The translations under genes and the position numbers were made by a program. Positions 8,130 to 17,378 of a stretch of DNA of 61,359 bases are shown piece after piece; the stretch's first letter is position 1; the number at the start of each line of letters is the position of its first letter. This stretch comes from an uncultured Spirochaetales bacterium (GTDB lineage Bacteria > Myxococcota_A > UBA9160 > SMWR01). Where the stretch lies: NCBI GenBank assembly GCA_964649065.1, contig CAZYOL010000003.1, forward strand, positions 1 to 61,359. The letters are read 5' to 3'. Under the pieces are notes generated by a model. The model was not told where the DNA came from, did no database searches, and worked only from the letters and a program-made list of their open reading frames with translations.

Positions 8130-9454
8130 AGGCTTCTCTCGTCGATGATGCGCCGGAGCTTGCGGCCGCTGCGCAGGCTGCCGCGCGGAAGCGGCTGGAC
8201 CTGCAGCTCGAAGAGCCCCAGCTCGAGGTTCTTCCAGAGCGTGTCATAGCGCACGCGCATCGCGTCCTCGATGCGCTTCGACACTCCCGCTCCCTCGGCG
8301 CCCGACTCCAGCTCGAGCTTGAGCTCGCAGAGGTCCCGGTGCCCGTCGTGCCGCATGACGGCCTGCCAGGTGCCCGAGACCTCGGGGACGGCGTCGAGGA
8401 TGGTCTCGAAGACCGCGGGGCTGACGCCCTCTCCCCCCAGCATCACGATCTCGTCGGCCCGTCCGCGCAGCCGCGAGAGGCGCTGGGTCACGATGCCGCA
8501 GTCGCAGGTCTCCGAGACGAGCTTGGCCACGTCGCCGTTTCGGTAGCGGATGAGCGGCATGGTACGACGGTCGAGCGTCGTGAAGGCGACCTCGCCGTAG
8601 CCCTCCTCGTCTGGGTTCAGGACCTCGAAGACGTAGCTGAACTCGTTGAGGTGGTAGCCGTCCCGACGGTGACACTCCATGCCGCCCGCCCCCTCGGAGC
8701 AGCCCCAGCACATGTACATCCGGGTGCCCCAGACCTTTTCGATGTACTCGCGCGAGCGTTCGGGCAGGCCCTCGCTGGCCCCCAGGACGAGGCGCATGGG
8801 AAAGGCCCCCTGCTCCTCGGCCAGCTCGGTGAGCCGCAGGATCCAGGAGACGTCTCCGATCAGCACGTTGTAGCGGTGCTCGCCGAGCCGCTGGTAGACC
8901 TCCGCGATGGGGATCTTGCCGGGGCAGGCCGAGAAGGCCCCGAGGCGGGTGAGCGCCCGCGCGAACCAGGGACCCCCGGTCCAGTAGTGGAAGTCCTGGG
9001 TGCTGATCACCCGATCCTCGGGCCGCATGCCGACGTGATAGAGGCCCACCGCCATCAGGCCCGCCGCCTCCTCCACCTCCCGGTGCGAGTAGTAGAGGGT
9101 CTTGGGCTTGCGGGTCGTCCCGCTGGTCTCGTAGATCTGCTGGGGCTCCTCGCAGAGAAAGGCCTCCGAGCCGTGGTCGAGCAGATCCTGCGGGCTGGTG
9201 CCGAAGTCTCCCAGCTCGGAGGGATGCTCGATCTTCGCGAGGTCCAGCCCCAGGCCTCCCAGGCGCTCCCGGTAGAAGGAGGAGTGCGCGGCCGCGTGCT
9301 GCAGCGTGCGCGGGAGCTTCCAGAGCTGGATGCTCCGCACCGCGTAGGGCGACGAGGCCCGCGCGGCCAGCGCGTAGGCGGTCTCGATGGAGTGGGCGTT
9401 CGCCAGCCGCGATACGCTCGCGGCGGTCGCTCCCAGCAGCCGGCGCTGCCACAT
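8126..9454 (-). CDS. Phenylacetate-CoA ligase / coenzyme F390 synthetase-like adenylate-forming enzyme
   Basis: The PaaK-family layout is present: SSFYRERL near the N-terminus, the AMP motif YETSGTTRKPK, the central WGCSEG, and C-terminal RYRNGD and LRGRADEIV. Confidence 0.75.
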   Translation of the reverse strand: MWQRRLLGATAASVSRLANAHSIETAYALAARASSPYAVRSIQLWKLPRTLQHAAAHSSFYRERLGGLGLDLAKIEHPSELGDFGTSPQDLLDHGSEAFLCEEPQQIYETSGTTRKPKTLYYSHREVEEAAGLMAVGLYHVGMRPEDRVISTQDFHYWTGGPWFARALTRLGAFSACPGKIPIAEVYQRLGEHRYNVLIGDVSWILRLTELAEEQGAFPMRLVLGASEGLPERSREYIEKVWGTRMYMCWGCSEGAGGMECHRRDGYHLNEFSYVFEVLNPDEEGYGEVAFTTLDRRTMPLIRYRNGDVAKLVSETCDCGIVTQRLSRLRGRADEIVMLGGEGVSPAVFETILDAVPEVSGTWQAVMRHDGHRDLCELKLELESGAEGAGVSKRIEDAMRVRYDTLWKNLELGLFELQVQPLPRGSLRSGRKLRRIIDERSL

Positions 9455-9464
9455 GGGAGAGACC

Positions 9465-10637
9465 TCAGCCGACCTCGGGCGCGCTCGAGGCGTCGCCCAG
9501 CGTCTCGACCCACTCCTCGAGCAGGCTGCGCTGCCGGAAGAGATCCTGCTCGACGCGACCGTCCACCACGGGACTCTTGAAGAAGAGCGAGAGCTGCTCC
9601 TGCGGGCCCGAGGCCCCGGCGCGAGCAGCCCGCTCCAGGAGCCGAGCCGCGTCGATCAGCAGGGGCGCGGCCAGCACCGAGTCGGCGCAGAAGGTGTTCA
9701 TCTTGAGCTGCATGGGAACGCCGCAGAAGCCGTTGAAGTCGATGCTGTCCCAGGACTCCTTGTTGTCGCCCCGGGGCCGGTAATAGCGGATGTCGACGAT
9801 GTGCGAGTCGACGGGGTAGCCCAGGATCTGGTCCAGCACGCCGGCCTTGTTGCGCAGCTTCTCGGCCGCGTTGTCCGGATCCGCCAGGTTCTCACCGTCC
9901 GCATTGCCCAGATAGTTGGCGCTGATCCAGCCCTCCACCTTCAGGCCGCGCAGGGCCAGCATCGGCGCGATGGCGGTCTTGATCAGGGTCTGGCCCGTCT
10001 TCCCGTCCTTGCCGCAGTAGGGCGTCTTGCTGCGGCGAGCCAGCTCCTTCAGGGCGGGCAGCTCCACGCTCACGTTCGGGGTGAAGTTCACGTAGGGCAC
10101 CCCGACCGTGAAGGCGAGCCAGGCATAGGCCATCGAGGGCGTGATCTCCGGACGATCCTCGAGCAGGGCCTTCTCGAAGCTGGAGACGTCGAGGCCCCAA
10201 GCCCCCTCCGGGGTCGCGAAGGCGGGCAGCAGATCGAGCAGCACCACCGAGCGGCCCGAGGCGACCAGGGATTCGAGCTGCTCCCGCGCGCGGTCCACGG
10301 ACTCGGCGCGGGGCGCCCCCAGCGCCGGCCAGGGGACGATCTCGCGCAGCTCCGGCTCGATCGTGTCGAGGGCCTGGGTGGGCAGCGTGCCCTTCTCCCG
10401 GGCCGCCTCGGCGAGGGAGCGGCCATCCACGTCCCAGCCGGCGACCCGGATCGACGACAGCGGCGTCAGATCGAGGCGGCTGGAGAGAGGGCTCCCGTCA
10501 CCGCTGCCGATCGGCCACGGAAGCTCCGTCAGCAGCCCGTCTCGCGTGCCGCCCTTGTGGATGAGTTCGAGACCAGCCGTCAGGGTGGTTCCGATCGACC
10601 CGGAGATCCCTGCGACTGCCAGAGTGATTTCGCTCAT
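9465..10637 (-). CDS. ino1: myo-Inositol-1-phosphate synthase
   Basis: MIPS blocks are present: VAGISGSIGTT (NAD-binding), VPYVNFTPN, CGKDGKTGQTLIKT, and GWISANYLGNADG with SWDSIDF. I trimmed the start to ATG 10637 (MSEITLAV). Confidence 0.85.
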   Translation of the reverse strand: MSEITLAVAGISGSIGTTLTAGLELIHKGGTRDGLLTELPWPIGSGDGSPLSSRLDLTPLSSIRVAGWDVDGRSLAEAAREKGTLPTQALDTIEPELREIVPWPALGAPRAESVDRAREQLESLVASGRSVVLLDLLPAFATPEGAWGLDVSSFEKALLEDRPEITPSMAYAWLAFTVGVPYVNFTPNVSVELPALKELARRSKTPYCGKDGKTGQTLIKTAIAPMLALRGLKVEGWISANYLGNADGENLADPDNAAEKLRNKAGVLDQILGYPVDSHIVDIRYYRPRGDNKESWDSIDFNGFCGVPMQLKMNTFCADSVLAAPLLIDAARLLERAARAGASGPQEQLSLFFKSPVVDGRVEQDLFRQRSLLEEWVETLGDASSAPEVG

Positions 10638-10696
10638 TTCTCTCCCGCTTGCTCCTCGCAATGCCTACCCCTCCGTCGCGAAGGTCGGCCGGCCCC

Positions 10697-11593
10697 TCAG
10701 GCCGCCACCAGCTGCGCGCCCAGCATGCGCACCTCACCGCGCCGCACCAGGCGCTCGAGGCAGAAGGACAAGGCCGCGTCGAAGAACCACCGCCCGATCT
10801 TGCGGCGGGGGCTGATCGGCGTCTCGAAGCTGGTCATCGCGAACGCCGAGATCTCCTCGAAGTGCTTGGGCTCCTTGAGAAAGAGCCGCAGCTGCTCCTC
10901 GACGTTCATGAGCTGATCGCGCCGCTCGACCATGCGTCGCACGACGTCCTCTTGTACCACGGTCATGTGCCCGGTCACCATCACCCTGGGGGCGAGGTCG
11001 ATCATGCGCTGGAAGGAGGCATGCCAGTCGTCGAGATTGGCCAGCAGGTTCATGCAGGTGGCAGCGATGGGGTTGAGGTCGTAGTCGCCGGCGATCAGGA
11101 TTCCCCAGCGCTCCTCGAAGAGGGCCAGGTGCCCCACCGAGTGGCCGGGCGTATGCACGGCCCGGAAGCGCAGGGAGCCCAGGTCGATCACGTCCCCGTC
11201 CTCGAAGGTCTGCTCGATCGTGAAGGGCTTCGACTCCCAGAGCCGGGCCACCAGCCGATCCCACTCGTCGCACATGGACTGGCTCGGAAAGCCCTGGGCA
11301 TCGCGCAGCAGCGCCGGATCCTCCAGATAGGGCTTCTCGAGGGACTGGCAGGCGCGGGGGCAGTCGAAGAGGAAATTCAGCGAGGTGTGATCCGGGTGGG
11401 AGTGGGTGTTGACCACCAGGTCGTAGTCGGGGAGGCGCGGGCGTAGATACTCCTCGTGGCAGAGGCCCGGGTCGATCAGCACGCGCGAGCTGCCGGCCAG
11501 CTCCACCGCGTTCACATGCGGGTGCCGGCCGTGGAAGCGGCCCCCGTAGAGCACCGTCACGCCGGGATGGATCTCGACGGGCTTGGTGATCAT
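10697..11593 (-). CDS. MBL-fold metallo-hydrolase (possible chain-releasing thioesterase)
   Basis: The metallo-beta-lactamase motif THSHPDH and a downstream HTPGHSVGH are present. The ATG at 11593 overlaps the fabG stop (ATGA). Confidence 0.8.
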   Translation of the reverse strand: MITKPVEIHPGVTVLYGGRFHGRHPHVNAVELAGSSRVLIDPGLCHEEYLRPRLPDYDLVVNTHSHPDHTSLNFLFDCPRACQSLEKPYLEDPALLRDAQGFPSQSMCDEWDRLVARLWESKPFTIEQTFEDGDVIDLGSLRFRAVHTPGHSVGHLALFEERWGILIAGDYDLNPIAATCMNLLANLDDWHASFQRMIDLAPRVMVTGHMTVVQEDVVRRMVERRDQLMNVEEQLRLFLKEPKHFEEISAFAMTSFETPISPRRKIGRWFFDAALSFCLERLVRRGEVRMLGAQLVAA

Positions 11594-12330
11594 ATGGCCA
11601 TGCCCCCGTCGATGGTGAAGACCTGGCCCGTGATGTAGTCCGCGTCGCTGCCGAGCAGGTAGGCCACCAGCCGGGCGACCTCGGTCGCCGTGCCGAAGCG
11701 ACCCAGGGGGATGGCGGCCAGCATCCCCTCGCGGTTCTTCTCCGGAATCGCCTGCGTCATGTCGGTATCGATGAGTCCGGGCGCCACCACATTCACGGTG
11801 ATGCCGGAGCGAGCCGCCTCCCGCGCCAGGGCCTTCGTCAGGCCGATCAGGCCGGCCTTGGCCGCCGAGTAGTTGACCTGTCCCGGATTGCCCACCAGGC
11901 CGCTGATCGAGCCGATGTTCACGATCTTGCCGGCCTTGCGCTTCGACATGGAGAAGATCACCGCGCGGCAGAAGTTGAAGGTGCCGGTGAGGTCCGTATC
12001 GATGACCTCGTGCCACTCCTCCGGCTTCATCATGACGAAGGGGCGGTCGCGGGTGATGCCCGCGTTGTTCACGAGGCCGGTGATGGGACCGAGGCGCCCG
12101 GCCACCTCCTTGACCGTGGCCCGGACGGCCTCCAGATCCGTGGCGTCGCAGGCGAAGCCGGCCACGTGCGGGTTGCGCGGGGCCAGCTCCTTCACCAGCT
12201 CCTCGGCGGCCGCCACGCTCTCCCGGTAGGTGAAGGCCACGCGATCGCCTCGCATCGCGAGGGTGCGAACGATCTCGCGCCCGATGCCTCGGGTGCCGCC
12301 CGTGACCAGGACCACTGCCTCGTCCGACAT
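11590..12330 (-). CDS. fabG: 3-Oxoacyl-ACP reductase (SDR)
   Basis: Motifs VTGGTRGIG, NNAG, YSAAKAG (YxxxK) and a FabG-like C-terminus GQVFTIDGGMAI are present. I trimmed the start to ATG 12330. Confidence 0.9.
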   Translation of the reverse strand: MSDEAVVLVTGGTRGIGREIVRTLAMRGDRVAFTYRESVAAAEELVKELAPRNPHVAGFACDATDLEAVRATVKEVAGRLGPITGLVNNAGITRDRPFVMMKPEEWHEVIDTDLTGTFNFCRAVIFSMSKRKAGKIVNIGSISGLVGNPGQVNYSAAKAGLIGLTKALAREAARSGITVNVVAPGLIDTDMTQAIPEKNREGMLAAIPLGRFGTATEVARLVAYLLGSDADYITGQVFTIDGGMAI

Positions 12331-12332
12331 GG

Positions 12333-13355
12333 CTAGGCCGGCGCCTCCGGGCGGCGGACGGCCAGACAGAGCTGGGTCGAGTCGGGCTGGAAGTCCGTTA
12401 CCAGGGTCGTCGCAGGCCCCGCGGGCAGGGGCAGACCCTGCAGCGTGAGGCCGGCGCTCAGGGAGAGCGCGGCCAGCGCCGTGCCCAGGGCACCGCGGGC
12501 GCCCAGGGCGTCGCCCACGAGATTCGGCAGCGAGACTTCGAGCGGCGCCAGGCCCTCGAGCTCCGAGCCCGGGCTGCCGCAGTCGATCCTGTAGGCGGCC
12601 CGCTCTCCGGCGAGGGCCACCTCGGCCAGGCGCCGCTGCAGCTCCGCGCTGTCCTCTCCCAGGTCGAAGCCGCGCGCAGAGCCTCCGATCTCCGCCAGGG
12701 CAGGGGCGCCCCGCGCCACCGCCGACTCCGCCTCCTCCAGGACCAGCGCGTAGGCTCCCTCTGCGATGGGGCGCGCCGCGCCGACGGCTCCGTGGCGGAG
12801 CCACTCCTCGAGCTCCGGATTCCAGTAGTCCATACCGGCCGCGACGCCCGCGCGGGCCCGGCCGGCGCGGATCACCGAGGCGACGTCTGCGACCGCCTCC
12901 AGCGAGGCCGTCATGCCGCAGAAGGTCCGGGTGAAGCGCTGCGCCTCCAGGTAGACCGCGGTGTAGTTGGCCTGCGAATTCAGCGCTGCGTCGAAGGAGG
13001 CCATCGGCAGCACCTCACCGACGCCCTCGGTGAGGGTGCGGTGGGTGAAGCTGAAGGTCTCGCTGGTGTTCCCGAAGGCGCTGCCCACGGCGAAGCCGAG
13101 CTCCGCCGGATCTCCGAAGTGGGCATCCTCGAGGGCGAGCCTGGAGGCCGAGGCCAGCAGCCGCGTCCCGCGCCCGATGTAGCGAATGCCCTTGGTGCGC
13201 AGGATCGCAGCGACGTCGAACTCCTCGACATCGAGGCGCTCGCCGGCCAGTCGGGCCACGCCACCCTCGTGGGCCCGCTTCCAGAGGGCCTCGCGGCCGA
13301 TTCCCAGCGGGCTGACGGCGCCCACGCCCGTCACCACCACGCGCCGCTCGCTCAA
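12333..13355 (-). CDS. Ketosynthase-like partner subunit lacking the catalytic triad (chain-length-factor type)
   Basis: It has a thiolase-fold N-terminus, RRVVVTGVGAVSPLGIG. Aligned by eye to the adjacent KS, the active-site Cys position reads Met (FCGMTASLEAV versus NACSAGNHAI), and the two His motifs are absent. The proposed TTG start at 13355 overlaps the KS stop (TTGA) and is uncertain. Confidence 0.65.
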   Translation of the reverse strand: MSERRVVVTGVGAVSPLGIGREALWKRAHEGGVARLAGERLDVEEFDVAAILRTKGIRYIGRGTRLLASASRLALEDAHFGDPAELGFAVGSAFGNTSETFSFTHRTLTEGVGEVLPMASFDAALNSQANYTAVYLEAQRFTRTFCGMTASLEAVADVASVIRAGRARAGVAAGMDYWNPELEEWLRHGAVGAARPIAEGAYALVLEEAESAVARGAPALAEIGGSARGFDLGEDSAELQRRLAEVALAGERAAYRIDCGSPGSELEGLAPLEVSLPNLVGDALGARGALGTALAALSLSAGLTLQGLPLPAGPATTLVTDFQPDSTQLCLAVRRPEAPA

Positions 13356-14539
13356 TTCGGAGCTCCGAAGACGACGGCGCAGTTGTTGCCCCCGAAGGCG
13401 TAGGAGTTGTTCAGGGCGTAGCGGACCGGCAGCTCGCGTGCCTCGCCGGGCACACAGTCGATCGGGCAGGCCGGGTCGGGCTGCTCGTGATGGATCGTGG
13501 GGGGCACGCGCCCTTCCTGGATGGCCATGCAGCAGACGAAGGCCTCGATGGCACTCGCCGCTCCCATGGTGTGTCCGATCATGGACTTGATCGAGCTGCA
13601 GGGGAGCCGGCTGGCGCGCTCCCCGAAGACCTCGTGAAGAGCGCCCGCCTCCACCGGGTCGTTGGCGCGGGTGGCGGTGCCGTGCGCGCTGACGTAATCG
13701 ATCTGCTCCGGGGCCAGGCCCGCGTCGCCGAGAGCGTCGCGCATGGCGGCGACCGCCCCCCGGCCCTCGGGGTGGGGCGCAGCGACGTGGTGGGCGTCGC
13801 AGGAGATGCCGTAGCCCAGCACCTCGGCCAGGATCGGGGCGCCGCGGCGGCGCGCCGTCTCGAGCTCTTCGAGCACCAGCCAGGCGGCGCCGTCGCCCAT
13901 CACCAGGCCGCGCCGGTAGAGGTCGAAGGGCCGACAGACATCCGGGGCCAGAGCGCGCAGATTGTCGAAGTGGGTGAAGCTCGTGAAGCTCACGTGTCCG
14001 AAGCCGCCGGCCAGAACCAGGTCGGCCTGGCCGGAGCGAATCCAGTCGCAGCCCGCGGCGATGGCGTGGTTTCCCGCCGAGCAGGCGTTGGCGAGGGTCG
14101 AGACCGGGCCCGCGATGCCGTAGCGGCGCGCCAGCGTGTGAGCGGTGCGATCCGGATGGAGCCACTCCACGCTCTCGCCGGAGAGCCCGGCGCGGCGCTC
14201 GCCCGGGGCGGCGAGCATGCCCTTCTCGAAGAGCAGGGCCTCGCCTCCCAGGATGCCGACCGCCAGGCCGCTGCGCTCCGGGCACTCGGCCCGCCGTCCG
14301 CCGCGACCGCTGGCGGCCCAGGCCTCCTCGAAGGGCACGACGGCCAGGTGCTCGTGCGTCTGCTGCCCGGCCATCAGGCGGCTCTGGGCCGCTACGTGGG
14401 TACGGTGCTTGGAGGTGTCGAAGCCCTCGAGGGGCGCGACGCCGTCGCGCCCCTCGAGGAGATTCGCCCAAGACTCCCGGGCGTCGTCGCCGACGGCGCA
14501 GGCCACGCCGACGGCTGTGACGGCGACCCGGGGTCTCAC
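13352..14539 (-). CDS. Beta-ketoacyl-ACP synthase II-like (active KS)
   Basis: The catalytic motifs are intact: NACSAGNHAI (Cys), SCDAHH and SAHGTAT (His), with GHTMGAAS and a FGGNN C-terminus. The GTG start at 14539 overlaps the rSAM stop (GTGA). Confidence 0.9.
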   Translation of the reverse strand: MRPRVAVTAVGVACAVGDDARESWANLLEGRDGVAPLEGFDTSKHRTHVAAQSRLMAGQQTHEHLAVVPFEEAWAASGRGGRRAECPERSGLAVGILGGEALLFEKGMLAAPGERRAGLSGESVEWLHPDRTAHTLARRYGIAGPVSTLANACSAGNHAIAAGCDWIRSGQADLVLAGGFGHVSFTSFTHFDNLRALAPDVCRPFDLYRRGLVMGDGAAWLVLEELETARRRGAPILAEVLGYGISCDAHHVAAPHPEGRGAVAAMRDALGDAGLAPEQIDYVSAHGTATRANDPVEAGALHEVFGERASRLPCSSIKSMIGHTMGAASAIEAFVCCMAIQEGRVPPTIHHEQPDPACPIDCVPGEARELPVRYALNNSYAFGGNNCAVVFGAPN

Positions 14540-15960
14540 GCCACCTTCCGCCGCTTCCGCTCGGCCTCGTGGTAGATGCCCGAGTCGCGAAGCAGCCGGA
14601 GATTCTTCAGCACGTGCTCGAAGACCCCCTTCCAGTCCAGGTTGATGCGGTAGGCGAACATCGAGTTGAACGAGTTCCCCGTGCGCCGACGGCCATCGAA
14701 GGCGCGCTCCCGCAGGGCCTGCTTGCTGTACAGGTTGTCGTAGACGTACTGCATGCCGTCGATGAACTGCTCGAGGGACATGCTCTCCAGCAGGTGCGTG
14801 AGGTGGCCCGAGTTGTAGTAGACCCAGTCCTCGGGGAAGTTCTGGCGAATCGTCCGACCTTCCTGGGCCAGCCGCTTGCCGAGGTGGGTCCCCGGCATGC
14901 TGGTCAGGAGGCCGAAGGTCATCACGTCGATCCCCGACTCCCGCACGAACTCGACGGCGTTCTTGAAGGTGTCCGGACCCTCGCCGTCGGCCCCGAAGAT
15001 CATCGAGCCCCAGACGATCATCCCGGCGTTGTGGATGTTGTCGATGGCGACGCGGAAGTTGTCCACGCCGATCTTCAGGTTCGGACCCTTGCGCAGCTTG
15101 CGGAGGATCTGGGCATCGGTGGTCTCGATGCCGATCAGCATCCCCAGCCCGCCGCTGCGGGCCATGTACTCCAGCCCCTCGGTGTCGAGGCCCGTGCTGA
15201 ACTGGGTGAAGCCGAACCAGGTCTTGTGGATCCCGCGATCGACCATTCCCTTGAACAGGGCCTTGGCGTGGGCGTTGGCCTCCTTGCTGTAGCCGTAGAA
15301 GTTGTCCTCGGCGAGCATCAGGCCCTGGTAGGGGATCTCCTCCATCTCGTCGAGGATGTCGTGGACCGGCCGCATCCGGTACTTGTGGCCCTGCAGGACC
15401 GGCACGCAGCAGAACTCGCAGCGCCAGGGACAGCCCTTGGTGGTCACGATCGACGAGAACTTGTAGCCGTACTTGTTCGTCAGCAGATCGCGATCCGGCC
15501 GGTAGTCCTTCAGCAGCTCCAGGTCCGGGAGGCCCCCGTCGTAGAGCGGCTGCAGCGAGTCCTTGCGGTAGTCGGCCAGGAACTGCTCCCAGACGAGCTC
15601 CGCCTCGCCCTTGACGATGGCGTCCGAGTGCTGCGCCACCTCGTCCGGATGGGTGGTGGCATGGGCACCGCCGAAGACGACCTTCATGCCCTGGGCCCGG
15701 GCCGCATCGGCGATCTGGTAGGCCCGCGGCGCCTGGTAGGTGAGCGTGGTGATGCCCACCAGATCGGCGTCGAAGCGGAGCTTGCCGTTCTCGTCGATGG
15801 CCGGCTCGATCGCCTCATCGATGATGTCGACGTCCCACTCGTCCTTCGGAGTGAGTGCGGAGAGGTAGGCCAGGTTCAAGGGCATCTGCACGATGACCTT
15901 GATGTCCTCTTCGCCGCGATTCCCCGGCGGGTGCGGATTGATCAGCATCAGTTTAGGCAC
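14536..15960 (-). CDS. B12-binding-domain radical SAM enzyme (class B), family A, copy 2
   Basis: The N-terminal cobalamin-binding-type Rossmann segment reads DLVGITTLTYQAPRAY..VVFGGAHAT. The radical SAM cluster motif is GCPWRCEFC. It is a tandem paralog of 15948..17378. Confidence 0.85.
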   Translation of the reverse strand: MPKLMLINPHPPGNRGEEDIKVIVQMPLNLAYLSALTPKDEWDVDIIDEAIEPAIDENGKLRFDADLVGITTLTYQAPRAYQIADAARAQGMKVVFGGAHATTHPDEVAQHSDAIVKGEAELVWEQFLADYRKDSLQPLYDGGLPDLELLKDYRPDRDLLTNKYGYKFSSIVTTKGCPWRCEFCCVPVLQGHKYRMRPVHDILDEMEEIPYQGLMLAEDNFYGYSKEANAHAKALFKGMVDRGIHKTWFGFTQFSTGLDTEGLEYMARSGGLGMLIGIETTDAQILRKLRKGPNLKIGVDNFRVAIDNIHNAGMIVWGSMIFGADGEGPDTFKNAVEFVRESGIDVMTFGLLTSMPGTHLGKRLAQEGRTIRQNFPEDWVYYNSGHLTHLLESMSLEQFIDGMQYVYDNLYSKQALRERAFDGRRRTGNSFNSMFAYRINLDWKGVFEHVLKNLRLLRDSGIYHEAERKRRKVA

Positions 15961-17378
15961 GTGAGCCCCCTCTCCTTCATGGTGCGCTCGTAGAGACCCG
16001 ACTCGCGGAGCGCGTAGAGATTTTCCAGAACCTGCCGGAACACCTTGTCCCAGTCACTGCTCACCTTGTACGCGAACATCGCCGTCCGGCGGCTGCCATT
16101 GGCCTTGAGCGACTTCACGAAGCGCTCGCGGAGGGCCCGGCCCGCGTAGAGGTTGTCGTACACGTACTGCATGCCCTCGATGAAGTCGTCCAGCGACATG
16201 TGCGAGAGCGTGTGGGTCAGGTGCGCGGTGTCGTAGTACTCCCAGTCCTCCGGGAAGTTGTCCCGCAGCAGCCGGTTCTCCTTCTCCATCCGCTTGAAGA
16301 GCGGCGTCGAGGGGAAGGGGCAGTGGATGCCGAAGGTCAGGATGTCGATGGAGTGTTCCAGGATGTAGTCGGTCATGACCTTGAAGGCATCCTTGGTCTG
16401 GAAGTCGGCCCCCCAGATCACGGAGGCCCAGACGACCATGCCGTTGTCGTGGATGTTCTTGATGGCCGACGGGTAGTTCTCCACGCCGGTCTTCAGGTTC
16501 GAGCCCTTGCGGAGCTTCTTCAGCACCTCCGGGTCGGTCGACTCCATGCCGATCAGCATGCCGAGGCAGCCGCTGTCGGACATGTCCTTCAGCGCGTCGA
16601 CGTCGTGGCCCGTGCTGAACTGCGAGAAGCCGAACCAGTCCTTGCGGATGCCGCGCTCCACCATGCCCCGGAAGAGCTTCCGCGCCCGCTCGTTCGACTC
16701 GGGCTTGTAGCCGTAGAAGTTGTCCTCGGCGAACATCAGGCCACGGAAAGGCGTGGCCTCCATCTCGTCGAGGACGTCGTCGATCTCCCGCTCCCGGTAG
16801 GTGCGGCCCGAAGACATGGGCACGCTGCAGAACTCGCAGCGCCAGGGGCAGCCCTTGGTGGTCACGATCGACGAGTACTTGTAACCGTACTTGCCCTTGA
16901 AGAGATCCCGGTCCGGATGCTTCTGCATGTAGGTCAGGTCCGGGAAGTCGCCGTCGTAGAGCTTCTCGAGCGTGCCGTTCTCGAAGTCGTCCAGGATCTT
17001 GGCCCAGATCGGCTCCGCCTCCCCGACGACCACGGCGTCCACGTGGTTCATCGCCTCCTCGCGGGCGGTGGTCGCGTGGGTGCCGCCGAAGACCACCGGG
17101 ATGCCCTTCGCGCGGCACTGGGCGGCGATCTTGTAGGCGCGCGGCGCCTGGTAGGTGAGCGAGGTGATGCCGACGAGGTCGGCGTCGAAGGTCAGCCGCC
17201 CCTCGTCGTCGAGGGCCTCCTCGTGGATCTCGTCGATCATGTCGATTTCCCACGCGTCTTGCGGCGTGTGGGCGGCGATGTAGGCCAGGTTGAGCGGCAT
17301 TTGCACGATCACCCGGATGTCTTCTTCGCCGTGGCGCCCCTTGGGGTGCGGGTTGATGAGTACGAGCTTCTTCTTCAC
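15948..17378 (-). CDS. B12-binding-domain radical SAM enzyme (class B), family A, copy 1
   Basis: It has the same architecture (DLVGITSLTYQAPRAY, VVFGGTHAT, GCPWRCEFC). I trimmed the start to GTG 17378 (VKKKLVLINPH), preceded by GGGGAGGG and overlapping the desaturase stop (GTGA). Confidence 0.85.
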   Translation of the reverse strand: MKKKLVLINPHPKGRHGEEDIRVIVQMPLNLAYIAAHTPQDAWEIDMIDEIHEEALDDEGRLTFDADLVGITSLTYQAPRAYKIAAQCRAKGIPVVFGGTHATTAREEAMNHVDAVVVGEAEPIWAKILDDFENGTLEKLYDGDFPDLTYMQKHPDRDLFKGKYGYKYSSIVTTKGCPWRCEFCSVPMSSGRTYREREIDDVLDEMEATPFRGLMFAEDNFYGYKPESNERARKLFRGMVERGIRKDWFGFSQFSTGHDVDALKDMSDSGCLGMLIGMESTDPEVLKKLRKGSNLKTGVENYPSAIKNIHDNGMVVWASVIWGADFQTKDAFKVMTDYILEHSIDILTFGIHCPFPSTPLFKRMEKENRLLRDNFPEDWEYYDTAHLTHTLSHMSLDDFIEGMQYVYDNLYAGRALRERFVKSLKANGSRRTAMFAYKVSSDWDKVFRQVLENLYALRESGLYERTMKERGLTCLN

